NCBI GenBank assembly: GCA_002269645.1
Contig: NIVC01001871.1
Location: 58,494-122,493 of the forward strand
Source: Macrostomum lignano
Lineage: Eukaryota
DNA: 64,000 bases
Reading direction: 5' to 3'
Shown here in pieces: positions 1-12,300 of this stretch. Every line of letters begins with the position of its first letter. Position 1 is the first letter of the stretch. The position numbers and the translations under genes were made by a program. Under the pieces are notes generated by a model. The model worked only from the letters and a program-made list of their open reading frames with translations, made no database searches and was not told the DNA's origin.

Positions 1-703
1 TAGGCTAGATTAGCAATCCATTCTATTCCTTCATCCATGATGTAGGCTAGATTAGCAATCCATTCTGTTCCTGCATCCATGATGTAGGCTAGATTAGCAA
101 TCCATTCTATTCCTGCATCCATGATGTAGGCTAGATTAGCAATCCATTCTGTTCCTGCATCCATGATGTAGGCTAGATTAGCAATCCATTCTATTCCTGC
201 ATCCATGATGTAGGCTAGATTAGCAATCCATTGTATTCCTGCATCCATGATGTAGGCTAGATTAGCAATCCATTCTATTCCTGCATCCATGATGTAGGCT
301 AGATTAGCAATCCATTCTGTTCCTGCATCCATGATGTAGGCTAGATTAGCAATCCATTCTATTCCTGCATCCATTATCTAGGCTAGATTAGCAATCCATT
401 GTATTCCTGCATCCATGATGTAGGCTAGATTAGCAATCCATTCTATTCCTGCATCCATGATGTAGGCTAGATTAGCAATCCATTCTGTTCCTGCATCCAT
501 GATGTAGGCTAGATTAGCAATCCATTCTATTCCTGCATCCATTATCTAGGCTAGATTAGCAATCCATTGTATTCCTGCATCCGTAATGTAGGCTAGATTA
601 GCAATCCATTCTATTCCTGCATCCATGATGTAGGCTAGATTAGCAATCCATTCTATTCCTGCATCCATGATGTAGGCTAGATTAGCAATCCATTCTATTC
701 CTT
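1..703 (+). repeat. 42-bp minisatellite (family A), ~16 copies, truncated by window start
   Basis: Unit TAGGCTAGATTAGCAATCCATTCTATTCCTGCATCCATGATG repeated in tandem; the same unit recurs at ~35130-36070 (+) and ~46283-47135 (-). Confidence 0.97.
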
Positions 704-707
704 ATAG

Positions 708-1138
708 AACCAGTCGGCCTCCTTACTCACCAGTTGCCGGCATCGCAGATATACAGTGTACAGTCGGATATGTTTAGAATTGCTGCAGAAGAGGAGGCAA
801 TAGCGCGCTTGGCCCAGATGAAAAAAATGGTTATGGTCAGTCGGCCAGTCTGGCACCACTCGCCCACACCCTTGCGCTCTTCGCTCTCTTGGATTCCAGC
901 TTGGCTTTTTACAAGAATCGACCTCAATAAGCGACCCAAGCTTTATTGGTCGGCTGGCCGCCACCAGTCAAATGGGAGCAGAGCAGAGCACAGCAGAGCA
1001 GAGCAGAGAAGAGATAGAAAGCAGAGATTTCTAGCTAGCTTGACTATGAAATGTTTTTCGCTTCGCCACTCAACCTGGGATTCGTCCACGCTCGATTTCC
1101 ACTATGTCGATGCCTTTCTGCCGCTCAAGGATTTCTAG
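708..1138 (+). other. Possible exon of an unidentified gene
   Basis: The family-A array ends in a pyrimidine run plus TTATAG (acceptor-like) at 707. One frame stays open to 1138 (EPVGLLTHQLPASQIYSVQSDMFRIAAEEEAIARLAQMKK...). No family recognised. Confidence 0.2.
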
Positions 1139-1294
1139 ATTAGAAATATCTAGATTAGAAACCAGAAAATGGGGTGAACCAAATATTTCCAGATTTATTT
1201 TACGCACGTAGTTAAGCAAGTTAAGCAAAGTGGTAGCGGTTAGTTTCGTAGGGATAATTTTGGGGTCAATGTAAGGATCCATATGGGATTTCTG

Positions 1295-2199
1295 CTCCAC
1301 AACCATAGACACAATCTGCCATTGTTTGACTCCACAACCATAGACACAATCTGCCATTGTTTGACTCCACAACCATAGACACAATCTGTCATTGCTTGAC
1401 TCCACAACCATAGACACAATCTGCCATTGTTTGACTCCACAACCATAGACACAATCTGCCATTGTTTGACTCCACAACCATAGACACAATCTGTCATTGC
1501 TTGACTCCACAACCATAGACACAATCTGCCATTGTTTGACTCCACAACCATAGACACAATCTGTCATTGCTTGACTCCACAACCATAGACACAATCTGCC
1601 ATTGTTTGACTCCACAACCATAGACACAATCTGCCATTGTTTGACTCCACAACCATAGACACAATCTGCCATTGCTTGACTCCACAACCATAGACACAAT
1701 CTGCCATTGTTTGACTCCACAACCATAGACACAATCTGCCATTGTTTGACTCCACAACCATAGACACAATCTGCCATTGCTTGACTCCACAACCATAGAC
1801 ACAATCTGCCATTGTTTGACTCCACAACCATAGACACAATCTGCCATTGTTTGACTCCACAACCATAGACACAATCTGCCATTGCTTGACTCCACAACCA
1901 TAGACACAATCTGCCATTGCTTGACTCCACAACCATAGACACAATCTGCCATTGTTTGACTCCACAACCATAGACACAATCTGCCATTGCTTGACTCCAC
2001 AACCATAGACACAATCTGCCATTGTTTGACTCCACAACCATAGACACAATCTGCCATTGTTTGACTCCACAACCATAGACACAATCTGCCATTGCTTGAC
2101 TCCACAACCATAGACACAATCTGCCATTGTTTGACTCCACAACCATAGACACAATCTGCCATTGTTTGACTCCACAACCATAGACACAATCTGCCATTG
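1295..2199 (+). repeat. 35-bp minisatellite, ~26 copies
   Basis: Unit CTCCACAACCATAGACACAATCTGCCATTGTTTGA; it explains the repetitive ORFs at 1070-2247. Confidence 0.97.
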
Positions 2200-2553
2200 A
2201 GTATTACCACGAAAAACACCGAGTATCCCGAGTACTTCTCTCAACAAGAGGCCACAGCAGCAGAAGCACAGTCGCTCTCTATCTCGCTCTAGGGATTCGA
2301 ATTTCTCCTTTGCTCCTTCTCAGACAGCCGATGGAGATTTTGCGCGGTTTAATCAGACAGATTCGGGTCTGTTTTCTCTAGCTCTCGCTCGCCTCTTTGG
2401 TTGATCAAATTCTATAGTAAGTTCTGGAGAAGGGAAACTTTTTGTATATCCTTAGTCTAATAAACCATAATTAAGTCACTGTGTGGTGCACTTCTGATTT
2501 GCTGCTAATGAATGCGAATATTTCCCTATCTGTTTTAATCAGCGACTGGTTCC

Positions 2554-2722
2554 GATTGCATGAACTATTGCAAGGGAATTGTGCTGATTGCATGAACTAT
2601 TGCAAGAGAATTGTGCTGATTGGATGAACTATTGCAAGGGAACTGTGCTGATTGCATGAACTATTGCAAGGGAATTGTGCTGATTGCATGAACTATTGCA
2701 AGGGAATTGTGCTGATTGCATA
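2554..2722 (+). repeat. 32-bp minisatellite, ~5 copies
   Basis: Unit GATTGCATGAACTATTGCAAGGGAATTGTGCT. Confidence 0.9.
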
Positions 2723-3094
2723 AAAGTCCGAGGCGGATTGCTTTTAAATTGCTTTGCAGATTCGCGCATTTCGAAATATAATAAAACTACATCTATTCTT
2801 TTATCCATCCTCATTTAGAGACGCTTTGCCCTTCCTGTCCAAAAATTAAGCGGATTTACAGAATCTGTTACGCACTAGCGTAATGATCCAAAATTCTGAG
2901 CCTTGTCGAGCCCTCGAAATGAAATCCCACCTGATCCGGGATATTTTATTGAGAAATAGGTTTAATTAAGAAAGCTTCGTACCAGCGAATCCAAAATAGA
3001 AACTTTATTATTCAATATGTGATAACAGAGTACCTGAATACTATTGCCATCGATCATTTTCACCTTTACTGCATTTGTTAGTTAGTTATTTACT

Positions 3095-3443
<349 letters not shown>

Positions 3444-4155
3444 CTCAGTCCGCTGACCTCTCGGCACGCACACGAATACTCGGATTAGAACGCAGGCACC
3501 CGCTCACCCAAACAAGGTGTACAGCGGCCCTGAATGACTCATTGTACACTCTTTGCATGTATATGTACAGCATGTACACTCTTTGTGCCTTGGGGCTTGG
3601 CCCTCATGACACGACACACTTGGAATCGAGCCTGGGCCGCTGGCACATCAGAGCCATCCTGGACTGTTATCCTTCAGAGGCAATAGTTGAACATCTCGAC
3701 AGTGGTCTTAGCCTTGACTGCCCTGCCTCAAATATGAATTTAGTACACCCGATTGCATGGCTAGTAGCCATTCCTACTGCCATCTAATCAGGCGTCTGCC
3801 ACCGAAGTGAAAAATTTGATTATTAAAAGTCTCTTTTAGAATAAAAAATCAACGGCTGTGCACTCACAAAGGCACTGGAGCCTCCTTCAGTTCCAATCAA
3901 CTTTCGATAATAAATTAGCAAAGCAATGCTTCACTGCTTCTACATGTAACTTTCTAATGCCAAATAGTACAAGGTTCCCTTCTAACGCTTGGCTTTTAAG
4001 CCTAGTGGCATAGTAGAACTTGTAATGAGTGCAGAGTGTGCAGAATATTTGTTTCGTATTTATCAATGATTTTGGAATTCACGATTTTGAAAAACACTCA
4101 ATCGCAACTGCTTGGCAAAGGCTTGCGCCGATCCTTCAGAGCTTCATATGCTTTG

Positions 4156-4826
4156 GTGAGCCTCACTTACCCTTCCCGATGCTTCAGTGAGCCTCACTAA
4201 CCCTTCCCGATGCTTCAGTGAGCCTCACTTACCCTTCCCGATGCTTCAGTGAGCCTCACTAACCCTTCCCGATGCTTCAGTGAGCCTCACTTACCCTTCC
4301 CGATGCTTCAGTGAGCCTCACTAACCCTTCCCGATGCTTCAGTGAGCCTCACTAACACTTCCCGATGCTTCAGTGAGCCTCACTAACACTTCCTGATGCT
4401 TCAGTAAGCCTCACTAACACTTCCCGGTGCTTCAGTGAGCCTCACTAACACTTCCCGATGCTTCAGTGAGCCTTACTAACACTTCCCGATGCTTCAGTGA
4501 GCCTCACTAACACTTCCCGATGCTTCAGTGAGCCTCACTAACACTTCCCGATGCTTCAGTGAGCCTCACTAACACTCCCCGATGCTTCAGTGAGCCTCAC
4601 TAACCCTTCCCGATGCTTCAGTGAGCCTCACTAACACTTCCCGATGCTTCAGTGAGCCTCACTAACACTTCCTGATGCTTCAGTAAGCCTCACTAACACT
4701 TCCCGGTGCTTCAGTGAGCCTCACTAACACTTCCCGATGCTTCAGTGAGCCTTACTAACACTTCCCGATGCTTCAGTGAGCCTTACTAACACTTCCCGAT
4801 GCTTCAGTGAGCCTCACTTACCCTTC
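4156..4826 (+). repeat. 31-bp minisatellite, ~21 copies, with an internal palindrome
   Basis: Unit GTGAGCCTCACTAACACTTCCCGATGCTTCA; AGTGAG-C-CTCACT is a perfect inverted repeat. Confidence 0.96.
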
Positions 4827-5402
4827 CCCCATCCTTGTGAGTGGCACACTAGCCATAATGATATTCTAATGCAGCTTCAACTGAACCATACCCAATTAAA
4901 GAACGCTATGTTAAAGCATCAGTGAGATAGAAGTACAGCATTGACAATTCAAAAGATTAGGGTTGGAAAGAAATAGATAAACTAAAAAATGTTTTTCTTA
5001 CTTTTTTATTACTCAGTTTCTTGTGAAAATGCCTGGGCTATAAAGCCCAAAAAAGTCAGAACAAGGTAGAAGTTGAAAACAGCAACGAAAAAACTGGAAG
5101 CATACTCGTAACAGAAGCTCAAAACATTACATACGACTTTTTGCCTTTTCAAAAAGATGGTAAATTCTTATTCTTAATAATCAACATTCGAAGTATTAAA
5201 GCTACAAAAACAGTGGCAAAAATTAGCAGAATGCAACAAATCACCTAGCTAATAATGCAATCTTACCAAAGCGAAATATCGCACAGTTTACTAAAATTCA
5301 CATCGAACCAAGAAATTATAATAGAAAACAAAGAAACAAAGTAATTGAGTTTCCAATATAGCACCTTGGATTCGCCTGAGCCCCGTGTACATGTAGGCCT
5401 CT

Positions 5403-6788
5403 TCAACCAGACCACTTCAAGTCGAACACTACCGACTGCTCATGGAAGGTGAACTTGCGGCGACCACTGCGGCTAACGCGGCTACTTATAGATCGGCGAG
5501 TCACCACCGAGCTGGCGCCGCCGCCGCTGCCTCCGCTGGCGCCGCCGCGACGGGAATCGAGCCAGCCCATATCATAGCCGCTGCCGCATTTACCAGCTTG
5601 GCGAGCTTGTCTAGCAGCCTCGCGTAGCTTCTCAATCTTTTGGTCCCGGTTTGAATAGTGATCGACGCGCTCCCAGTACAACTCGCGCTCTCTCTGGCGC
5701 TCCAGCTCGCGCCCGTTGTTGCGCAACCACTCCAACTCTAGCTGGCGCTCCTCCTCCAGCATTTGCTCTTTAAACGCTTCGAATTGCAAATCCGAGGCCG
5801 ACAGTTCGTGCCTCTGCGACGAGTTGCTGAATGGCGACAAGCCGAAGCAGCTAGACGTGTCCTGGCGCAGAAACGCGATGTTAACGCGAGAAGACGACGA
5901 ACGCTGCCGCATCAACGCCACGGGTTGTTGACCGTGTCGATAATTCAGATTGCTAGCAGACCGCGGAGGTGTTGACTGCGCGATCGAACGCGACGACGAG
6001 GCCTGTGGGGCCATCGAACGGATCCGGCTTGGTGCCGGGCGCGGAGGCGGCGATGGCACCACAAACTCCGAACTCGGTCCAACGATTGCCAGCGGCCCCG
6101 GAACCGCAGCGGCCGGGGCGGCACCGTTGTAGCTAGACACGGAAGAGACACTGGAAACAGAGGATCCGCTGCTAATGACGGACACGTTACGCTGCGACAG
6201 CCGGCTCACAACGCTGCCGGAGCCGGAATAGTACGAGCCAACTGACGAACCGCCGGAGCTAGACTGGCCGCTCCGCTGACGCTGCGAGGAGCCCGACAAC
6301 GAAGATGAAGACGACGATGACGACGTCGAGGTGTCGCTGAGACGAAATTGGCGCCGAACTGCGTAGCCACCTCTGCCGCCGACAACGCCGCTCGGGCTAC
6401 GAAGCTGGCGGCCGACTGAGGGGCCAGCCCGATGGGGATTGTACCTACTCGATAGGCTGGCTCCGGCGCCTCCGCCGCCGCTAATAATAGAGCTGAGTCT
6501 AGCGCGGCCGCCGCTGCCGCCGTGGGCTCCCTCAGTGCGCAGTCTATCCGGTCGCCACCACATTGAGCGCAGGCTCTGGTGCTGCCGGCTTGAGGTGACA
6601 GTGGAGTCCATCGGAGAGCGGGACCTGTCCCGTTGACGTCCTGCCGAGCTTCGCATATCGCCACCCAAGCCGCTGATTATAGAGGCTCCGTCGCTCATTA
6701 GAAATCGTTGAAAATGCCGATTATTGTAGCCGTTCATTGCGCAACAGGATTCAAGTTTTAAGCGAATGAAGCTTAAAGACAGTCGCAT
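5403..6788 (-). CDS. Uncharacterised Ser/Arg/Gly-rich low-complexity protein with a C-terminal charged helical segment (461 aa, apparently single exon)
   Basis: 1386-bp ORF in a GC-rich island within AT-rich DNA and not made of tandem repeats. Charged helix FEAFKEQMLEEERQLELEWLRNNGRELERQRERELYWERV. The start could be 6788 or the later MNGYNN ATG. Confidence 0.7.
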   Translation of the reverse strand: MRLSLSFIRLKLESCCAMNGYNNRHFQRFLMSDGASIISGLGGDMRSSAGRQRDRSRSPMDSTVTSSRQHQSLRSMWWRPDRLRTEGAHGGSGGRARLSSIISGGGGAGASLSSRYNPHRAGPSVGRQLRSPSGVVGGRGGYAVRRQFRLSDTSTSSSSSSSSLSGSSQRQRSGQSSSGGSSVGSYYSGSGSVVSRLSQRNVSVISSGSSVSSVSSVSSYNGAAPAAAVPGPLAIVGPSSEFVVPSPPPRPAPSRIRSMAPQASSSRSIAQSTPPRSASNLNYRHGQQPVALMRQRSSSSRVNIAFLRQDTSSCFGLSPFSNSSQRHELSASDLQFEAFKEQMLEEERQLELEWLRNNGRELERQRERELYWERVDHYSNRDQKIEKLREAARQARQAGKCGSGYDMGWLDSRRGGASGGSGGGASSVVTRRSISSRVSRSGRRKFTFHEQSVVFDLKWSG

Positions 6789-9340
6789 AAAACGAGAAAG
6801 GTAAAATAATTGATTTGGGTTCTGTTCAGTGTGTTTTGTTCATTTGGAGTAGAGATCAAAGAGTTTACTTTCATTTAAATAGCATGCATTTCTGCGGAAC
6901 ATACTACTCATATTAATATTTTATGTAGCAGATTGCATACTTCATAAGGAAAAAATAAATAAAACTTCTAACTCCTATTATATTGTACATAAGAATTTTA
7001 CATATTAAATATTTTTAATGATTCCCTTTTTAATAGTCTGTAAAGATTGCACCTAAATAAACCAAAATCTAGAAAAAGTGCACCTCGGTAATATTTCAAT
7101 AACTCTAGCTCATAAATATTGAATTTTAAAACAGCTATTTAAAATAACTTATGAATTTAAAATGCCCCAAAAGACTAAAAGATATGTGAAATTAAATTAT
7201 GCGTAAAACTATTTTATATTGGTGCTACTATGCTAGATACAAGCTAATGATACATATTTTAATAAGGCTATACAAACATAAATATAGCTTTCTAAAATTC
7301 AAAAGGAAAAATATTCAAAGCCATTATCTATCTGAGCTTTCAGGAATAAAAACAGGCTTATTTGAATAATGAAGCTTTCCATATTTTAAATAAAAATTTT
7401 CATTTTTTTGTTCCCAGATTTAAATTAAATTGAATTTCGGGAACATCACATTATATAAAAATAAGACTATTAGCATCAGCAATATTAGTAAGTCACAAAA
7501 CCTTGCATTTAAATTCATGTCCACCAGAGGCAAACATGTCAAATGGATCAATTTATTTTAATTATTGAATAAATTAAACGTGCAATATTTATTTATAAAC
7601 TGCGATTTAGTATGTATTGTATTGATTGCATTCATAAATAGTTGAATAATTAATGAATATGATTTTTATTGACTTTCAGACTCTTAGTCCAAAGTTCGCA
7701 GACTCGAACTAATTATTTACAAGCAAAAAAATCGAATCTAATAAGCAAATTGTAAGGGTATCGAGGTAAGACAACTGAAAATGAAATGCCGATAGCTATT
7801 TAACAATTGCAAACTTTGCACAACGAAACTAGTAATTATTAACAAAACTCTACAGATTGTGGGTTTTTTACATAATGTTATCGGCATTACTTGCGTGTCA
7901 GTTCTAGCTCGGAGAGGAGGATCGCGCGGCCGGCCACGCAGTTAGAGAATAGATTTTGAAATCTTCAATGAACTATTAATGCAACATTATAAATACTGTA
8001 CGGCAGTATTTCAAGCGTACTTTTGTAATAAAGAGTAAGTAATATTTACTTTTGTGTATGTAATCATTCATCTAGCTAAACAACTTTGTTATAGCGGACA
8101 TTCAAAAACATATGCAAACCGTCAAGTTAATTTTCAAAAGTAAATTCAAAGTTATGGCTTTAAAATTAACAAAATAATTGCAATGTTCAGACTACTCGTT
8201 TATGATGAAAGTATCATCTTTCGATATCTGTTTTGCGCAACAGAATTTACACGTAGCTATATATATTCTTATATTCTTATATCATTCTTATATATATATT
8301 GAGAATTACATGTACATTTGCTTCATAATTGTTGCTACCGCGTACGAGTGTACGTACGTACAGAAATCATTAAAATTGTCGTGCTGCTACATTTTCCGGA
8401 AATTTTTACGCTTGTATCCTAATACAGTAGTTGCAGTGTTTACTAATATAGCCCCACTATTCTGGAAACTTCTACGCTCTTCCTGTACGCCAAATAAAAA
8501 TAGTAGTATTCTAGTTAGGAACTTCCCCGGCATCCAGAGGCGATAAATAGAAACGCCCCTAATGAGAGTTGTCAGACTGCGTCAGACCGCAGTTGTCAAA
8601 CTGCGCTGACAACTACTATTACTACAAATATACATGTACATGCGCCATCCTCGCTCTGCCGAGCACTTTGTCGGGTTGGTTTACCAAAAAAAATCGAGGT
8701 CTCTGTTCGTTCGATTATTCAAAGATCAACAGTAATTGCAACCCTAAAAATCTTAGAAATGTTTTTTAAAGCTACTGCGCTTTCAAATCCTGATTTAACT
8801 TAGGCCAGTTTAGAATTAAAAAGCATTTTTCTTGCAAGATTTTAGCTAAGGCATATATAATTGTGCAGATCCAATCCTCACAAGAGACAACTTTGAGTTC
8901 GCTGGCATAATTCCCAATCGATGCTAGGGTTTCTGTTCCAGCACTCAAATGAGATCATAAATGCATCGCTTGTAAGCCGACCAAAGAAAATAAGAGTGAA
9001 ATAATGAAGTAGCTTGTACATGTACATAGCGATTTCAATAATCAATCCTTTCCTTCAGTTTGATTCAGCCTCTGTGAAGTCATTTACTACCATTTAAATA
9101 AGAAAGACCCATTCAAAACAAGCCTAAAATTTCTTGAACAATTAAATGCGCCACAAAATGGAGCAAAGAGGCTTTTATTTAAACACGAGACCAAAATTCA
9201 ACAGCAACAAAGACAACAGTAAATTTATTAGGTTTTGTAAAGGGCTGTGATATTAGTACAGGAGAAGCAGGAAATTGTTAATATGTCTTGACAAAAACGC
9301 AACACGGGTATCATGGCACAGAGTCTTCTGAGGCGGATAA

Positions 9341-12300
9341 TCACTGATAATCCGTAGTGAAAATATCCGAGTTCGACAGGCCGGAGTCCGAGGAGTTCAC
9401 GCTGGTGCCGCCGTGCCGCAGGCGCTTCTTGGCCCGCTGCCGGCGCCGATTAGCGATGCCGGCGCCTCCGCTGCTGCCTCCAGCGCCGCTGCCACCGCCG
9501 CTGGCGGCTCCGTCGTCGTCGCTGCTGCTACTAGACGACGTCGAGCTGTTGTCTCCACGGCCGCCGCCGGCGCCGCCGCTGCCAGAGGCGCCGCTGCCGG
9601 AGCTACCGCCGCCCGACGAACGGGTAGCTCCGCTGCTGCTCCGCTTCTGCGGTCCGCCGCCTCCGCTGCCGCCGCCGCTGGACGCTCCAGATGATGGATG
9701 GCCGCGAGCGGCTGCGGCCGCCTTCCGACTGGGAACGGCACGGAGGCTGCGGGTGCGACCGCCCGCCTGCTCATCGTCCAGATCGTCGGCAGCCAAAGCC
9801 AGCAGGTCGATGAAGGTGTACCTGGATCAGCAAAGAGAGACAGATGGTCTTTGTTCTGCTTGAAGTGGTGAAAAAGCCAACTTTGAATGCTAGCTTTTTT
9901 GTTAAAAATTAGCAAACTTTTAAGCTACACTCGTATATCCACAGTAATTTAAACAATTGATAAATTTTAGCTAGAAGCGATGCTATTTAGTTACAAGCCT
10001 CCTAAACTAGAAACTAGAAGCTTTCTACTAGCTTTATCAACTAGAAACTCCACAAGCTATAAGCTTCATCAACTAGAAACTCCACAAGCTATAAGCCTCC
10101 TAAACTAGAAACTCCCCAAGCTACGAGTATAAGCTTCATCAACTAGAAACTCCACAAGCTATAAGCTTCATCAACTAGAAACTCCACAAGCTATAAGCTT
10201 CATAAACTAGAAACTTCACAAGCTATAGGCCTCCTAAATTAGAAACTCCACAAGCTATAAGCTTCATCAACTAGAAACTCCACAAGCTATAAGCCTCCTA
10301 AACTAGAAACTACCCAAGCTACGAGTATAAGCTTCATCAACTAGAAACTCCACAAGCTATAAGCTTCATCAACTAGAAACTCCACAAGCTATAAGCTTCA
10401 TAAACTAGAAACTTCACAAGCTATAGGCCTCCTAAATTAGAAACTCCACAAGCTATAAGCTTCATAAACTGGAAACTCCACAAGCTATTAGCTTCATCAA
10501 CTAGAAACTCCCCAAGCTATAAGCTTCATCAACTAGAAACTCCACAAGCTACAAGCCTCTTAAACTAGAAACTCCCCAAGCTATTAGCTTCATCAACTAG
10601 AAACTCCCCAAGCTATAAGCTTCATCAACTAGAAACTTCACAAGCTATAGCTTCATAAACTAGAAACTCTAGTATTCTTGTATTCTAGTATTCTTGTATT
10701 CTTGTAGATCTACAAGCTATAAGCTTCATAAACTGGAAACTACACAAGCTATAAGCTTCATAAACTAGAAACTTCACAAGCTATAGGCCTCCTAAATTAG
10801 AAACTCCACAAGCTATAAGCTTCATAAACTGGAAACGCCACAAGCTATAAGCTTCATCAACTAGGAAGCTGGCGGTCACCTCAGCTCCGCGGGCGCCGCC
10901 CGCACAACCTCGCGCAGAGCCTCCTGCATGAGCTCGTGCTGCAGCAGTGACAGATTGCGCAGCCTCTGCCGCATAATGTCCAGATGGCGGAGACTCTGCT
11001 CTAGGGGAGGCGGCGACTGACGAGAGCTTCCACCGCCGCGTCCACCATGGGCGGAGGCTGCAGTCCCGCCTCCAGGCGACATCAGACAGTTGTTGAGTAT
11101 CTCGGCCAGTCTGTCCAATTTCTGTTCGGACCAAAAGTGCAGAATGCTCGGACACAGCGGGTCTGTTAGCTGAGGCTCGCGCCATAGGACAGCGCAGACT
11201 AGATCGAAACTTGGCTGCTCAAGTTTGAGCATTAGCAACAGATTAGTGGTAGCTTCCGCATGCCGGCCGCTGTCAAGGTGAGGCAGCAGTGGCAGGAATC
11301 GTTCTGTAGGCAAATCCTGAGCATTCAACAGCTGCCAAAGGAATAGTTGTTCAACACTCTCCCAGGAGAGACTGTCTCGTAGTAGAGTCACCTGGTAATA
11401 AAATAAAATAACTTAAAATTACTTTTGCTTTTGTCTATGGCTAAAAGTGACAAATTCAGCGAAGTCTCATAGCAAAAGTTGGCTGTTTTATTTTTAAGTC
11501 AGGGCCGCTGTACACTGCCAGGATTTTTCCTGGGGGGGGCATCTGACCCCCTCCCTGACCCCCTTTCGGATCCGCCATTGAGTAAATTTCTGCTCTCTCT
11601 CCAACTTTGGAGGAAGTATAGAACAGTTGAATTTCACTTTTTCTTAAATTTTAAGGGGGGAGGGGTCATGACCCCTAGATTTTCTCGCAAGGGAAGGGTC
11701 ATGAACCCTAGATTTTCTCGCGGGGGAGGGGCATGCTTGGACGCAACATAGGGATTCACCCGGCTGTTTCTATTGGCAACACACACATGTAAGTCGCTAT
11801 TGGACAGAATAATAGTCACGTGACTGCTCTCAGCCAATAGCGACTTACATGTGTGTTGCCAATAGAAACGGCCGGGTGATTCCTAAGGTTGCGCATGTAT
11901 GGGAAGGGGTCATGACGGCCTAGATTTTCTCGCGGGGGAGGGGTCAGCTGACCACTTTGACCTCCTGGATCCGCCATTGCACTGTGTACTGTGTAATGCA
12001 TAAGCCGAACTAAAACAATTACCAGATTATCTTTGCGGAACAATTCCAAGTGTCCCTGCATAATATCGGCCACCATAGTCTGCAGCTGGGAGCAGTCAAT
12101 GCTGGACACAATGATGCGCATCAGATGCGGATTATTCTGGCACTGGCTGGCAAAGTTGCGGAACACATCGGGCAGCAGGTAGGCCAATAGGCGCGGATCG
12201 TCCTGGGCTAGCAGGTTCAAATCTTTGAACAGGCAGGTGCGCAGATCGGGATTCTCTTGGCTTTTGCAAAACTCTTTGTAGGCAACAAATTTATCGTCCT

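Noticed and set aside
1070-2247. Long Cys/Trp-rich repetitive ORFs (up to 375 aa)
   Set aside because: Translations of a stop-free 35-bp minisatellite, open in several frames.
3542-3787. 81-aa plus-strand ORF and nearby exon-like fragments
   Set aside because: No recognisable motif and no consistent splice chain.
8567-8614. Small nested inverted repeats (AGTTGTCAG...CTGACAACT)
   Set aside because: Stems of only 7-9 bp; no RNA family or element recognisable.
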